Shown here: in pieces, positions 1 through 9,395 of the stretch
How the letters are laid out: each line of letters begins with the position of its first letter
Position numbering within the stretch: position 1 is the stretch's first letter
Assembly (NCBI GenBank): GCA_965261405.1
Contig: CBDHDD010000002.1
Span: forward strand, 499,395-563,394
Source of the DNA: Dehalococcoidia bacterium
Lineage (GTDB): Bacteria; Chloroflexota; Dehalococcoidia; Lucifugimonadales; UBA1127
Length of the DNA: 64,000 bases
Direction of reading: 5' to 3'
Notes under the pieces: model-generated
The model's input: the letters and a program-made list of their open reading frames with translations, nothing else
The model's database searches: none
What the model was told of the DNA's origin: nothing
Translations under genes and position numbers: made by a program

Positions 1-302
1 TGTTCAAGATTCAGGCGCGGCTGCCGGGCGCGCGAGTGGGGACCGTGGACAAGTTTCAAGGCCAGGAGGCTCCGGTGGTCATCTACTCGATGGCGACCTC
101 CAGCCCCGAGGAGGCCCCGCACGGCATGGAGTTCCTCTACAGCTTGAACCGGCTCAACGTGGCGACGTCGCGTGCGCGCTGCGTCTGCGTCCTCGTGGGT
201 GCCCCCGCGCTGTTTGCTCCCGAATGCCGCACGCCGCGCCAGATGCAATTGGCCAATGCCTTCTGTCGCTACAGGGAGTTGGCAACGGAAGTATCCGTAT
301 AA
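1..302 (+). CDS. Superfamily-1 helicase, C-terminal fragment (5' end lies outside the window)
   Basis: The frame is open from base 3. 'TVDKFQGQEAPVVIYSM' and 'RLNVATSRAR' look like helicase motifs V/VI of DNA2/NAM7/RecD-type SF1 helicases. Confidence 0.7.
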   Translation, partial: FKIQARLPGARVGTVDKFQGQEAPVVIYSMATSSPEEAPHGMEFLYSLNRLNVATSRARCVCVLVGAPALFAPECRTPRQMQLANAFCRYRELATEVSV

Positions 303-629
303 CAATGCTTGACTCCCAACTGGGGGACTCGGCGTTTCAGCGCCGCGACGCCCGCCAGGAGGGACACGGCGCTAGTGCGCCACGTTTCCAAAGGCCTGTG
401 TCGCCTGAGCGGTGGGTGAGCACTTGTCCTGTGTTCCACATAGGGAAGATTATGGGAGCCTGTCCTTAGGACGTGGAGCAGACGGACCAACACGTATGTT
501 TCCAGCCTCCGATCAACCGTTGAAGCAGCAGGCGGGAGGCTGAAGATTGTGGCCGGGTTACCCGCAGGAGATGTCGCGATTTCCAACTCTTCCAGGGTAG
601 CCGGTTCAGAAGAAGGGCCGTAGGACGAA

Positions 630-1474
630 ATGCCGATACCAGAGTCTACCCTTACAGGATGGAGCCACCACCGTTCAGGGACCGCCCCGATACAGGCCCA
701 TCTTGCGATTCGCGAGGCCCTGGCCGCCTATACGTGGCCTCAGGAAGTCACCTACGATGTCTTCTCCAGGGTTCCTACAAGAATGACACCAACCTCAGTG
801 GCGACAGCGATGTCGACGTCGTCATCCAGTTGTCATCCAGGCTCAGGCCGCGTGTCGCCGCCCTCCAGGGCCCTGAGCTGCTGGAGGACGCCTCGCACAA
901 GGTGGCGCTCGAACGGTGGCAAACGTTCCGTCGTCACGCATTGGCGGCGATGAGGGCGAGGTTTGGCAATTCGGTGACATCGGGACGGAAGTCGCTGAAG
1001 CTGGCCAAGGGCAAGCTCCCCTCGTCCGCCGACCTCGTCGTGACCCTGCGCTTTGAGGAAGGTCTGGCCTTCTATCTCCCCGACCGTCGGCACTGGGTCA
1101 TGAGCTACCCGCAGACGCACCATCAACGAGGTGTCCAGAAGGAGGAGGCCACAAACAACAGGTTCAAGAGAACCATCCGCATGTTCAAAGCCGCCCGCAC
1201 GCAGCTCATTCGGAAGCAGCTCATCGACGATAGATTGGCGCCCTCGTACTTCATCGAGTGCATGCTCTACAACGTGCCAGACCGATTGTTTCGCGAGCCC
1301 CTGAGCAAGACGTACGAGGATAGCGTTGCGTGGCTCAAGACCGCGGACCTCAAGGGCTTCCTGTGCCAGAACGGCAAGGTGCGGATGTTCGGCGAGCGAA
1401 GCGAGCAATGGACCATAGAGGCTGCGCGCGCCCTTGTCGACGCATGGGCTACGCTGCAGCGTGACTGGCGCTGA
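630..1474 (+). pseudogene. Pol-beta-fold nucleotidyltransferase (SMODS/CD-NTase-like) with an apparent 1-nt frameshift near 762-767
   Basis: The N-terminus (MPIPESTLTGWSHH...TYDVF) is in the frame of ORF 630-953. It continues as 'LQGSYKNDTNLSGDSDVDVVIQL' (GS...DxD NTase core) in the frame of ORF 659-1474. The two halves join cleanly at cttctcc (761-767). Confidence 0.6.
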
Positions 1475-1719
1475 TGCGAAGCGCTCCAGAGCCAGCGGCG
1501 GTACGGCCGAGAGACGCTGCCGCAGCGTCTGGTCCACACTGCTCAATTGGCCCGTTCGTTCAGAGACAATCAAAGGAGGACGGTTTGTCGGCCGTATCGT
1601 CCCGGTGCTGCGAGAACCAAGAGTGTGGGGCTTCCTTGGTGTGGCTCGCCGGAAGGTACAGGGGGCGCGATGCGGCCCTGGCCGCGGACGAGCTCTTGTC
1701 AGGAAGGAAGGGTCGAACG

Positions 1720-2649
1720 GTGCGTGAGATTATACGGATTGTGGCGATCGGCCTTGTAGCGGCGCTGGCCGGGACGGTGCTGCTGGCATGTGAGGGCGGA
1801 GCATCCCCCGCGTCCAGCACGCCAGCCTTAACCTTCGGGACCACAGCCGAACAGGTTCCCTCGGCGACGCCAGCATTTGAGCCAATCCCTACGCGCGATC
1901 CCTCCCAAGCCCCAACGCCAGGGCTGACGACAATGCCTGAGGGTGTAGTTACATCCCCCACCGTGGTGGGTTCCGATACATGGCAGGGAATAGTGGTCGC
2001 CCCGGAACACCGCTGCGCGCCCTACGACGCGGACGACTACCGCTATTCCCAGTCCGTCGAGCAGCGCATCGTCGCCGACATGGGCGGCATCATCTACGGC
2101 CCTTACACTGGAACCTGGTTCGCCAACACCTCCGAGACCGACATCGAGCACATCGTCGCCCGCTCCGAGGCCCACGACAGCGGACTGTGCGCGGCGGACG
2201 CCGCCACCAGGCGTCAGTTTGCGGGTGACCTGCTGAACCTGACGCTGGCCAGTCCCGCGGTCAACCGCTCCCACAAAAGCGCGAAGGACGCGGCGGAATG
2301 GCTCCCAGACCTCAACCACTGCTGGTTTGCGGGCCGAGTCGTCGAGGTGCGCCAGCGCTATTCCCTCACCATCGACCCGCGTGAACGCGACGTGCTGGAA
2401 GGCATCCTGACCGGGTGTGCATCGACGTCCATGGACGTCTACGACTTCCGTCCGGCTCCCATTGCGCCTTCGGTCCCGATACCTCCTGGTGACGGAAGTG
2501 CCAGTGCCCTTCATCTCTATGACGACAACGACAACGGCCGCATCACCTGCGCGGAGGCACGCGGGCATGGCATTGCCCCCGTTTACGCCGGTCATCCCGC
2601 TTACGTCTACATGGATGACCGGGACGGCGATGGCGTGGTGTGCGAGTAG
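1720..2649 (+). CDS. Secreted/lipoprotein HNH-type (DUF1524-like) nuclease with a C-terminal Excalibur Ca-binding domain
   Basis: An in-frame GTG at 1720 follows aggaagg. There is a signal peptide with lipobox 'VLLAC'. Motifs: 'DIEHIVARSEAHDSG...NLTLASPAVNRSHKSAKDAAEW' and a C-terminal 'DDNDNGRITCAEA...DRDGDGVVCE'. Confidence 0.65.
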   Translation: MREIIRIVAIGLVAALAGTVLLACEGGASPASSTPALTFGTTAEQVPSATPAFEPIPTRDPSQAPTPGLTTMPEGVVTSPTVVGSDTWQGIVVAPEHRCAPYDADDYRYSQSVEQRIVADMGGIIYGPYTGTWFANTSETDIEHIVARSEAHDSGLCAADAATRRQFAGDLLNLTLASPAVNRSHKSAKDAAEWLPDLNHCWFAGRVVEVRQRYSLTIDPRERDVLEGILTGCASTSMDVYDFRPAPIAPSVPIPPGDGSASALHLYDDNDNGRITCAEARGHGIAPVYAGHPAYVYMDDRDGDGVVCE

Positions 2650-3256
2650 TCAGGGCGGCCCAGCGAACGGAATTGTCCCTGGGCAACAACGGACCCAACA
2701 AACACCACTGTTGCTATCGGGACCAACCCGTCTTAACCGAAGATCTTGCGGCCGAGGCCGTGGCAGCCGGAGGTTGTCTCGAGTAACCGCAACGGCAACG
2801 ACCACTCTGGTGAACCCGACTAAGGGCAACAGTCGCTGTTCTCGTGGGCGGAGTTCATGGCCGAGGTACAGGGCGAAGCCGAAGGGTCGCAGGCCGCTCC
2901 CACGCTGCACTTCAAGTGGACATTCACCCTAGAGCAGAACCGGGAGCCGGTCGGGACGGGATGCTAGACCCTTCACGCACCCGACAGCCTATTTGTGCGG
3001 ACCCTTTTTGTTGTCCGACATTGTCTTAGAGTGTTAGAGTATGCCCTTGACGCCTACCGCGCTACCGTGCTGAGAGAAGGGCAGCCGTGGGAGGTTCTCG
3101 CCGATGCAGCCGACACTACTAGCTTCGTGTGTACGTGCTTGCCTGATAGTAACACCAGTAAATCGAAGTCAAAGTAGGCGGTCGTACGATGACCCATCGC
3201 ATAGCAAATGAGATACTCGAAGGCTTTTTTAGCACATACTCCTACCCCGTGCCCTA

Positions 3257-3955
3257 TTGGTGCATGGGCGAAGGCGACTGGGAGCTAGTGGCAATCGTCG
3301 GAGGCTCTCCGTGATCTTAACCGGACTGGCTATGAGTTTTGTGACTCTATTGGTAGTGGCGAATATCGTTGCCGTGAAGCCGGTGGACCTCAACGGTTGG
3401 GTGCTTCCGGCAGGAACCATCGCCTACCCATTCACATTCTTGGTAACTGACGCCATATCAGAACTATACGGCAGGAGAGTCGCCACCCGCGTTGTGTGGT
3501 TCGGATTCGGGTTGAGCGGCGCCATGGTCGTCTTGGTCTATGTAGCGCAATTGTTTCCTTCGCCCGAGTTCTGGGAAGGACAAAATGCCTATGAAACCAT
3601 CCTAGGATCAGTGCCGCGGATAGTCTTGGGTTCAATGACCGCGTACCTCGTGAGCCAGCACATCGACGTGATTCTGTTTCATCAAATGCGCCGTGTCACA
3701 AATGGACGCCACCTTTGGCTCAGGAACAATACTTCGACCATGGTGTCTCAAGCGGTCGATACCGCGCTCTTCATCTCGATAGCCTTTGCTGGAGTAGTGC
3801 CGGCGAGTGTGTTGTTGAACATGATGGCGACTCAATATGTGGTCAAGCTTGGTGTCGCCGTCGTAGACACGCCCCTCGTTTATGCGCTCGTCGGGTGGAT
3901 CAGAACTCGACCGAGCTATGCTTCTGACGCCCAGGTCCCGGAGTTGGCAAGGTGA
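3257..3955 (+). CDS. yhhQ: Queuosine-precursor (preQ0/preQ1) transporter, YhhQ/VUT family
   Basis: Multi-TM protein. 'VVANIVAVKP...AGTIAYPFTFLVTDAISELYG', 'TAYLVSQHIDV', 'LRNNTSTMVSQAVDT' and 'VKLGVAVVDTPLVY' match the family signature as I recall it. The start codon is uncertain. Confidence 0.8.
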   Translation: MVHGRRRLGASGNRRRLSVILTGLAMSFVTLLVVANIVAVKPVDLNGWVLPAGTIAYPFTFLVTDAISELYGRRVATRVVWFGFGLSGAMVVLVYVAQLFPSPEFWEGQNAYETILGSVPRIVLGSMTAYLVSQHIDVILFHQMRRVTNGRHLWLRNNTSTMVSQAVDTALFISIAFAGVVPASVLLNMMATQYVVKLGVAVVDTPLVYALVGWIRTRPSYASDAQVPELAR

Positions 3956-4087
3956 GGTACTTTGCATCTAGCATTCAACGGACGACCCTCTCTGCTCTCA
4001 ACTGGGCGTTTCGCGTTGTATTGCTAGTCGTGGATGGCGACGGTGGGCTACGGGTTGCCCAACTACCCACATTAGGGCGTAGTCCAC

Positions 4088-5806
4088 TTGGATAAGAGAT
4101 TGCTGATCCTTGGCTGTGCGGACCGCAAGCGAGAGTCGGATGGCCTGCTCCCTGCGCTGGATCGGTACGACGGCCCTGCATATCGCGTCGTCAGGAAGTT
4201 TCTGCGGGACTACCGGTGGCCTGAGGATGTGTCCATAGCGGTCCTGTCTGCGGAGTATGGACTGTTCGGTGTCCTTAAGGGAATCAAGGACTACGACAAG
4301 AGGATGGACCCGGTGACGGCGCAAGCAAAGGCTTCAGAATGCTCAATCGTCCTCGGGAAGTGGGCAACATCCCATCGCTCTGTTCATGTATCGCTAGGAA
4401 AGGACTACATGCCAGCGGTCCTACCCGGGCTAGAGATGCTCGACCTCGAACTGGAGGTGTTCGCAGGAGGCATCGGGCAGAAACTTAACCAACTCAAGTC
4501 CTTTTTAACGAATACCTCACCCCTACGCAGGGTTAAGGCCGAGGTTGAGGGCGGTTCTGGTAGCTACACCTACTTTCTACCAGACTGGGATGACCTGCTG
4601 GATCCTCTGTTCAATTTCAAAGAAGATTCCTTTTCTGGAGCATCGCGAGCGCAGAGGGAAGACAAGCACTGTTGCGTGTTGATGCAGCCCAATAGGATAT
4701 CTGATGGCATACTCGTCAGCCTTGCGCAGCAAGGAACTCAAAAGGGGCCATTGCGGCGGCTCGAAGGAACGGAGCCCGGTGCTCTATCTCCTCCGCCACT
4801 GCGAAAGCACTTCGGACTCTCGGACAACCAGTACCTCTTCGGAGATTGTGGAGCGTTCAGTTACGTAAACGAGATGCATCCAACGATTTCTGTGGACCAG
4901 GCAGTTGCCTTGTATGAATCATACGGATTCGACTTCGGAGCATCAGTGGATCACATGCCGGTTTCCGTAGTCAGCAGAAATGGCGAGAAGATAGAACTCT
5001 CCGAAAGAGAACGGCAGGAAAGGGTAGACACCACCCATGAGAATGCTCGTCTGTTCATTGAGTCGGCCAGGGAACGCAAGGTGGGATTCATTCCCGTTGG
5101 TACGATTCAAGCTCTGACCCCAGAACGGTATGCTCAGTCGGTTCGAGACTACTACGAATTTGGATATCGTCACTTGGCAATCGGAGGACTTGTTCCCCAA
5201 ACGGATGCGGACATAGCGAAGAACATTAGGGCTGTGATGAAGGTCGCAGAAGAACTGCCGGAGCGACCTTGGATTCATTTGTTTGGAATCTATCGACCAC
5301 GGCTACAAGAACTCATTAGACAATTGAAGGTGGACAGCTTCGACAGTGCTTCGTACTTTCGAAAGGCATGGTTGCGGTCAGACCAGAACTACCTCGCGTC
5401 AAATGGGCAGTGGTATGCAGCCTTGCGCGTCCCCATGACGAAGGACGCCCGCACTCAGAGTCGTCTTCTGGCGATGGATGTGGACATTGACGAGTTGAAA
5501 ATACAAGAACGTGAAGTGATGAGACTCTTATCACAGTACGATGAGGATCAAGTCCAAATAGGTGAGGTCTTAGAAGCAGTTCTCAACTATGATAGCCATT
5601 TGGCGAGATCCAGTGAAACGGCTTCGATGCGCGCCAAGTATGAACGAACTCTAAAGGACCGCCCTTGGCGAAGTTGTCATTGCAACTTTTGCGAGAACCT
5701 AGGAATACACATGCTAATCTTCCGCGGAGCCAATAGGAACAAGCGACGCGGTGCCCACAACACACTCATGCTGTATGGTGGCATTGCAAAGGACCCACAA
5801 AAGTGA
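4088..5806 (+). CDS. dpdA: DpdA-like DNA-guanine (7-deazaguanine) transglycosylase with an extra ~155-aa N-terminal domain
   Basis: The TGT-fold part starts at about residue 160 ('YFLPDWDDLLDP', 'FGDCGAFSY', 'AIGGLV', 'DSFDSASY'). The Zn motif is 'CHCNFC...H'. TTG start. The stop overlaps the next gene's start (GTGA at 5803-5806). Confidence 0.8.
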   Translation: MDKRLLILGCADRKRESDGLLPALDRYDGPAYRVVRKFLRDYRWPEDVSIAVLSAEYGLFGVLKGIKDYDKRMDPVTAQAKASECSIVLGKWATSHRSVHVSLGKDYMPAVLPGLEMLDLELEVFAGGIGQKLNQLKSFLTNTSPLRRVKAEVEGGSGSYTYFLPDWDDLLDPLFNFKEDSFSGASRAQREDKHCCVLMQPNRISDGILVSLAQQGTQKGPLRRLEGTEPGALSPPPLRKHFGLSDNQYLFGDCGAFSYVNEMHPTISVDQAVALYESYGFDFGASVDHMPVSVVSRNGEKIELSERERQERVDTTHENARLFIESARERKVGFIPVGTIQALTPERYAQSVRDYYEFGYRHLAIGGLVPQTDADIAKNIRAVMKVAEELPERPWIHLFGIYRPRLQELIRQLKVDSFDSASYFRKAWLRSDQNYLASNGQWYAALRVPMTKDARTQSRLLAMDVDIDELKIQEREVMRLLSQYDEDQVQIGEVLEAVLNYDSHLARSSETASMRAKYERTLKDRPWRSCHCNFCENLGIHMLIFRGANRNKRRGAHNTLMLYGGIAKDPQK

Positions 5807-8154
5807 TTGGCGACGATGTTTTCTTGGACCTAGTTGATGGTCACCTTGGACGAAATTTGCGTGACATTGCCAATAGGGCTCAAAGAGATGCAGTCACTCA
5901 CAGCCCGAACTCTATTCTTCAGCTTGTCGCAGGTCCGGGATCAGGCAAGACTACCGTACTTGTGCTTCGGGCTCTCCGCCATGTGCTCGTGGAAGACGTA
6001 GAGCCCGAACACATCCTAATCACTACATTCACCCGCAAAGCAGCTCGGGAACTCCGCACGCGCTGGTTGGACTGGGGTACTTCACTACTACATGCACTTT
6101 CCCAACACCAAAGTGTAGAACACATAGACATAAACCGATGCCGAATCGATACTCTGGACGGCACCGTGCACGATGTGCTTACAGAATTCCGTCCCGCAGG
6201 ACAACTCGCTCCCGCGTTGGCAGACACGTCTGCCAGTCTTCTAATTCTCAAGAGAGAAGTCTTTCAATCAATGTACTGGCCGAACCAACAGACGGTCGAC
6301 ACGCTGTTGTCACGCTACACTTTCGACGGACAGCCCCCTAGGAATCAAAGAGAAGCCCTCGGAACGGCGAGACGGGTACTGGAGAGGCTGATTCAGGATC
6401 AAGTAGATACAGTCGGGTATGCACAAAGTGGCGCCGCTGAGCAGCTTGTCGTTGATATGCTGAACGAATATCGAGGAGTATGTTCCGACACTAACGTTTT
6501 CGACTTCACAACCCTAGAAGAGGACTTCTTGGAGCGACTATTAGGCGGTCATCTCGACGAGTGGACGAGGGACTTGCGTGTATTGCTCATCGATGAGTAT
6601 CAGGACACAAACCCTCTCCAAGAAGCGATTTACTTCGCTTTGATCAACTCGGCTCAACTCTCCGCGGCTGTTGTGGGAGACGATGACCAGGCTATGTATC
6701 GATTTAGAGGTGGATCAGTGGAGCTGTTTACGGACTTTCCTGACCGCTGTCGACAAGCCACAGGACGCAATGTGACTCGTGTCGATATGGTCAGAAACTT
6801 TCGGTCCCAGCCCGAGATAGTTGACTTCTTCAATAACCATATTACAAGTGACCCAGAGTTTCAGAGCGCACGGATCAATCCTCCAAAGCCTCTGGTTACA
6901 GCGGCAAATCCCAGCGCAACTATTCCTGTCTTGGGCATGTTCCGCCCTGATGAGGCTACCCTTGCATCTGACCTCGCTATTTTCTTACGGAATCTCGCCG
7001 ATCGAAATCAAATCTCGGTTGGAGTCGGTCAGGAGATTCATCTATCCCAAAATGGTGCCATGGGAGACGCCGTATTCCTGTCTCACTCCGTGGAAGAGGC
7101 TAGCTATGACCATTTTGGCCGAACTCAGGACTCCCGATTCCCAGGAGTGCTCAGGGGGTGCCTAGAAGGCTTAGGTTTGGAGGTCTTCAATCCCAGGGGA
7201 CATTCCCTTAGGACCATACCCGATGTCCAAACGCTCCTTGGTCTCGTGTTGCTTACGGTTGACCCGAGTTCAACAATGGTCAGCGGGCTAATGCCCACCG
7301 GCGAGACAGGATACTTTCTTCGTCAATGGCGTGAAACTGCTCAGGAGTTTGTGGACAGCGACCCCCAACCAAATGATGCGCAGGGACTCTCAGGCTTCAT
7401 CAATGCGTGGCAGAAGGTCGCCTCCGGCCAAGTCGTCACAGAGATACCGGCGGATTGGCCCGTCTTGGAACTGATTTTTAAATTGATCTCCTGGATACCG
7501 GGATTTCAGAGCGAGCCTGAACATCAAGTGTGGCTGGAGGCCGTTACGCGGGCTATTGCCAGCGCCGCAATGGGCTCTCCCTACGGCATGCAACTCCTTC
7601 AGAACGTGCAAGGTAAGAATCAGGGAGCACATGTTGAACGAAGTAGAGAGAGCCTGATCCGCGATGCACTCATGTCAATCGCAGCGAATGAAGTTGGCGC
7701 AGATGAAGACATAATGCCGAGTGTGCCTCGCGACCGACTGCAATTCATGACCATCCACCAGTCCAAGGGGCTGGAGTTTCCTTTGGTAATAGTCGATGTA
7801 GGAAGTCGCTTTAGGATGAACCATCCGAAACAGAGATTCCTGAGATTTCCAGAGGCCATTTCAAATGTCGTACAGGCAGAGGACGATATGGAGCCCTACC
7901 TTGCTGCCCCTCTTCGGGGACAACGAAGCGGGCTGGACCGTACATTTGATGACTTGGTTCGACTCTACTACGTTGCATATAGTCGGCCTCAGTCCGTGCT
8001 CATGCTTGTGGGAAATGAGGCAGGGCTCCTCTATGGAGGGACAATCAGGAACGTCGCGCTGAGCTGGCAACGAGGTGGAAGTTGGCCGTGGAGACAAGGG
8101 TACACGACCAAAAGGCCGCCGGTGAAGGTTAATCCACCCTTCTGGGAGTTATAA
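5803..8154 (+). CDS. UvrD/Rep/PcrA-like SF1 helicase
   Basis: Walker A 'AGPGSGKTT', 'TFTRKAAREL', 'LLIDEYQDTNP', 'VGDDDQAMYRFRGG', 'MTIHQSKGLEFPLVIV', 'YVAYSRP'. Confidence 0.85.
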   Translation: MIGDDVFLDLVDGHLGRNLRDIANRAQRDAVTHSPNSILQLVAGPGSGKTTVLVLRALRHVLVEDVEPEHILITTFTRKAARELRTRWLDWGTSLLHALSQHQSVEHIDINRCRIDTLDGTVHDVLTEFRPAGQLAPALADTSASLLILKREVFQSMYWPNQQTVDTLLSRYTFDGQPPRNQREALGTARRVLERLIQDQVDTVGYAQSGAAEQLVVDMLNEYRGVCSDTNVFDFTTLEEDFLERLLGGHLDEWTRDLRVLLIDEYQDTNPLQEAIYFALINSAQLSAAVVGDDDQAMYRFRGGSVELFTDFPDRCRQATGRNVTRVDMVRNFRSQPEIVDFFNNHITSDPEFQSARINPPKPLVTAANPSATIPVLGMFRPDEATLASDLAIFLRNLADRNQISVGVGQEIHLSQNGAMGDAVFLSHSVEEASYDHFGRTQDSRFPGVLRGCLEGLGLEVFNPRGHSLRTIPDVQTLLGLVLLTVDPSSTMVSGLMPTGETGYFLRQWRETAQEFVDSDPQPNDAQGLSGFINAWQKVASGQVVTEIPADWPVLELIFKLISWIPGFQSEPEHQVWLEAVTRAIASAAMGSPYGMQLLQNVQGKNQGAHVERSRESLIRDALMSIAANEVGADEDIMPSVPRDRLQFMTIHQSKGLEFPLVIVDVGSRFRMNHPKQRFLRFPEAISNVVQAEDDMEPYLAAPLRGQRSGLDRTFDDLVRLYYVAYSRPQSVLMLVGNEAGLLYGGTIRNVALSWQRGGSWPWRQGYTTKRPPVKVNPPFWEL

Positions 8155-8156
8155 CA

Positions 8157-9338
8157 GTGGAGATTGAAGTCAAACGCCCTGAGAATATCGTCCCTTCCTA
8201 TTCGCTAACTGGCGACTTGCTTTCCTACTTGCGGTGCCGGCTACAGTATCGCTACCACAATGGAAGCGCGTTGCCTCCCTCACGACCCATTCAACTCTGG
8301 TTCGGTGAGTTTATTCATGGCACTCTTGAAATGTGCTTCCGCTTCTGGGATGAGACACGCCATAGAGGTGGACAGCCACCGGCCTTTCCGTGGCCATGCA
8401 CTCAGCGTCAGTGGGGAGAGAACAATCCAAACTGGGAACAGCACGACATTGGGAGTTTCGCCAACTCAGTTGAGGAGGCTCTCCGACGCCAGGGTAAGCA
8501 AGCCCGCAGCACTGACGCTCGCGATTCCGCGTACCAACGTGTCGAGGTGGCAGTGAATGAACTAGGCCCCCATCTGTTTCCGCTCATAGCGGCAGCCGAA
8601 CGCAGAGTCGTTGGAACTCGCCCCGTGCCAACGGGCAGTATTCCTCTGAGGTGTGCTAACTACGAGGTGCACGGGATTGTAGACGTACTCACCCACATGA
8701 CCTTGACGCAGGGCACAGACGACAACCTGATTCGAGAGCACGTTCATCGAGTTTGTCCAAGCCTAAGCGGCATATTTGAAGTGATTGTCGACTATAAGGG
8801 CACACGTAGACCCCTTACCAACGAACCGTATTGGGATCAGGGGGAGTGGCAGATCCAGACATATGCTTGGCTAAGGCACAAACAGCCAGATGCCCTCTCA
8901 GTCGCGGCTGGAATCCTGATCTACATCAATGAGCTAACGCCAGGCGCGGAGGAGATGACAGCATTGCGGAAGGGTTGGCAACAGGGCACCACGGACGAAG
9001 TTCCGGAGGCCAACTCACGCGATGAGCAGATTGTCAGGATGTGGCGACCCGGCATGGACACAGGCCAATTGGGACTGGCTTTTCGCTTACGTCGAGCAAT
9101 CCGGGTTATACCTGTGTCATCCAGCAGCATCAATACAGCGTTGCATGAATTTGATCAGGTTGTGCGCAGGGCTGAAGAAGACATCATGGCGGAATCGACC
9201 AATGCCAACATACTCCAAGCATGGTCCCCAGACTGTGAGGATGGAGCTACTTGCGCGGCGTGTGATTTCAGGCATTTCTGTCCGAAGCCCGCAGGTGTCT
9301 CAGCCACATATCAGGTCACGGCTCCGACTGCCCCATGA
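8157..9338 (+). CDS. PD-(D/E)XK nuclease of Cas4/AddB type with a 4-Cys Fe-S cluster motif
   Basis: 'GIVDVL' ... 'EVIVDYKG' (D...E/DxK core) and 'QIQTYAWL' (QxxxY). One N-terminal Cys ('YLRCRLQY') plus a C-terminal 'CAACDFRHFC' (CX2CX5C). Starts 2 nt after the helicase stop. Confidence 0.7.
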   Translation: MEIEVKRPENIVPSYSLTGDLLSYLRCRLQYRYHNGSALPPSRPIQLWFGEFIHGTLEMCFRFWDETRHRGGQPPAFPWPCTQRQWGENNPNWEQHDIGSFANSVEEALRRQGKQARSTDARDSAYQRVEVAVNELGPHLFPLIAAAERRVVGTRPVPTGSIPLRCANYEVHGIVDVLTHMTLTQGTDDNLIREHVHRVCPSLSGIFEVIVDYKGTRRPLTNEPYWDQGEWQIQTYAWLRHKQPDALSVAAGILIYINELTPGAEEMTALRKGWQQGTTDEVPEANSRDEQIVRMWRPGMDTGQLGLAFRLRRAIRVIPVSSSSINTALHEFDQVVRRAEEDIMAESTNANILQAWSPDCEDGATCAACDFRHFCPKPAGVSATYQVTAPTAP

Positions 9339-9395
9339 CGCCTCACACAGGTAGGTGGCGAGACTCCGAGAAACCCTGGCTCGCTCAGAGAGCGG

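Noticed and set aside
1474-1719. An ATG at 1474 would add an 82-aa N-terminal extension to the HNH/Excalibur nuclease.
   Set aside because: The extension is Arg/Ala-rich and motif-free. The in-frame GTG at 1720 follows a good Shine-Dalgarno and begins a signal peptide with a lipobox.
2950-3256. Looked for a preQ1 riboswitch upstream of yhhQ, because YhhQ genes are often preQ1-regulated.
   Set aside because: 'gggaggttctcgcc...cactactag' superficially recalls the preQ1-I loop and ACUA tail. However, I could not find the complementary P1 3' strand or the A-rich tail. An Rfam/Infernal scan would be decisive.
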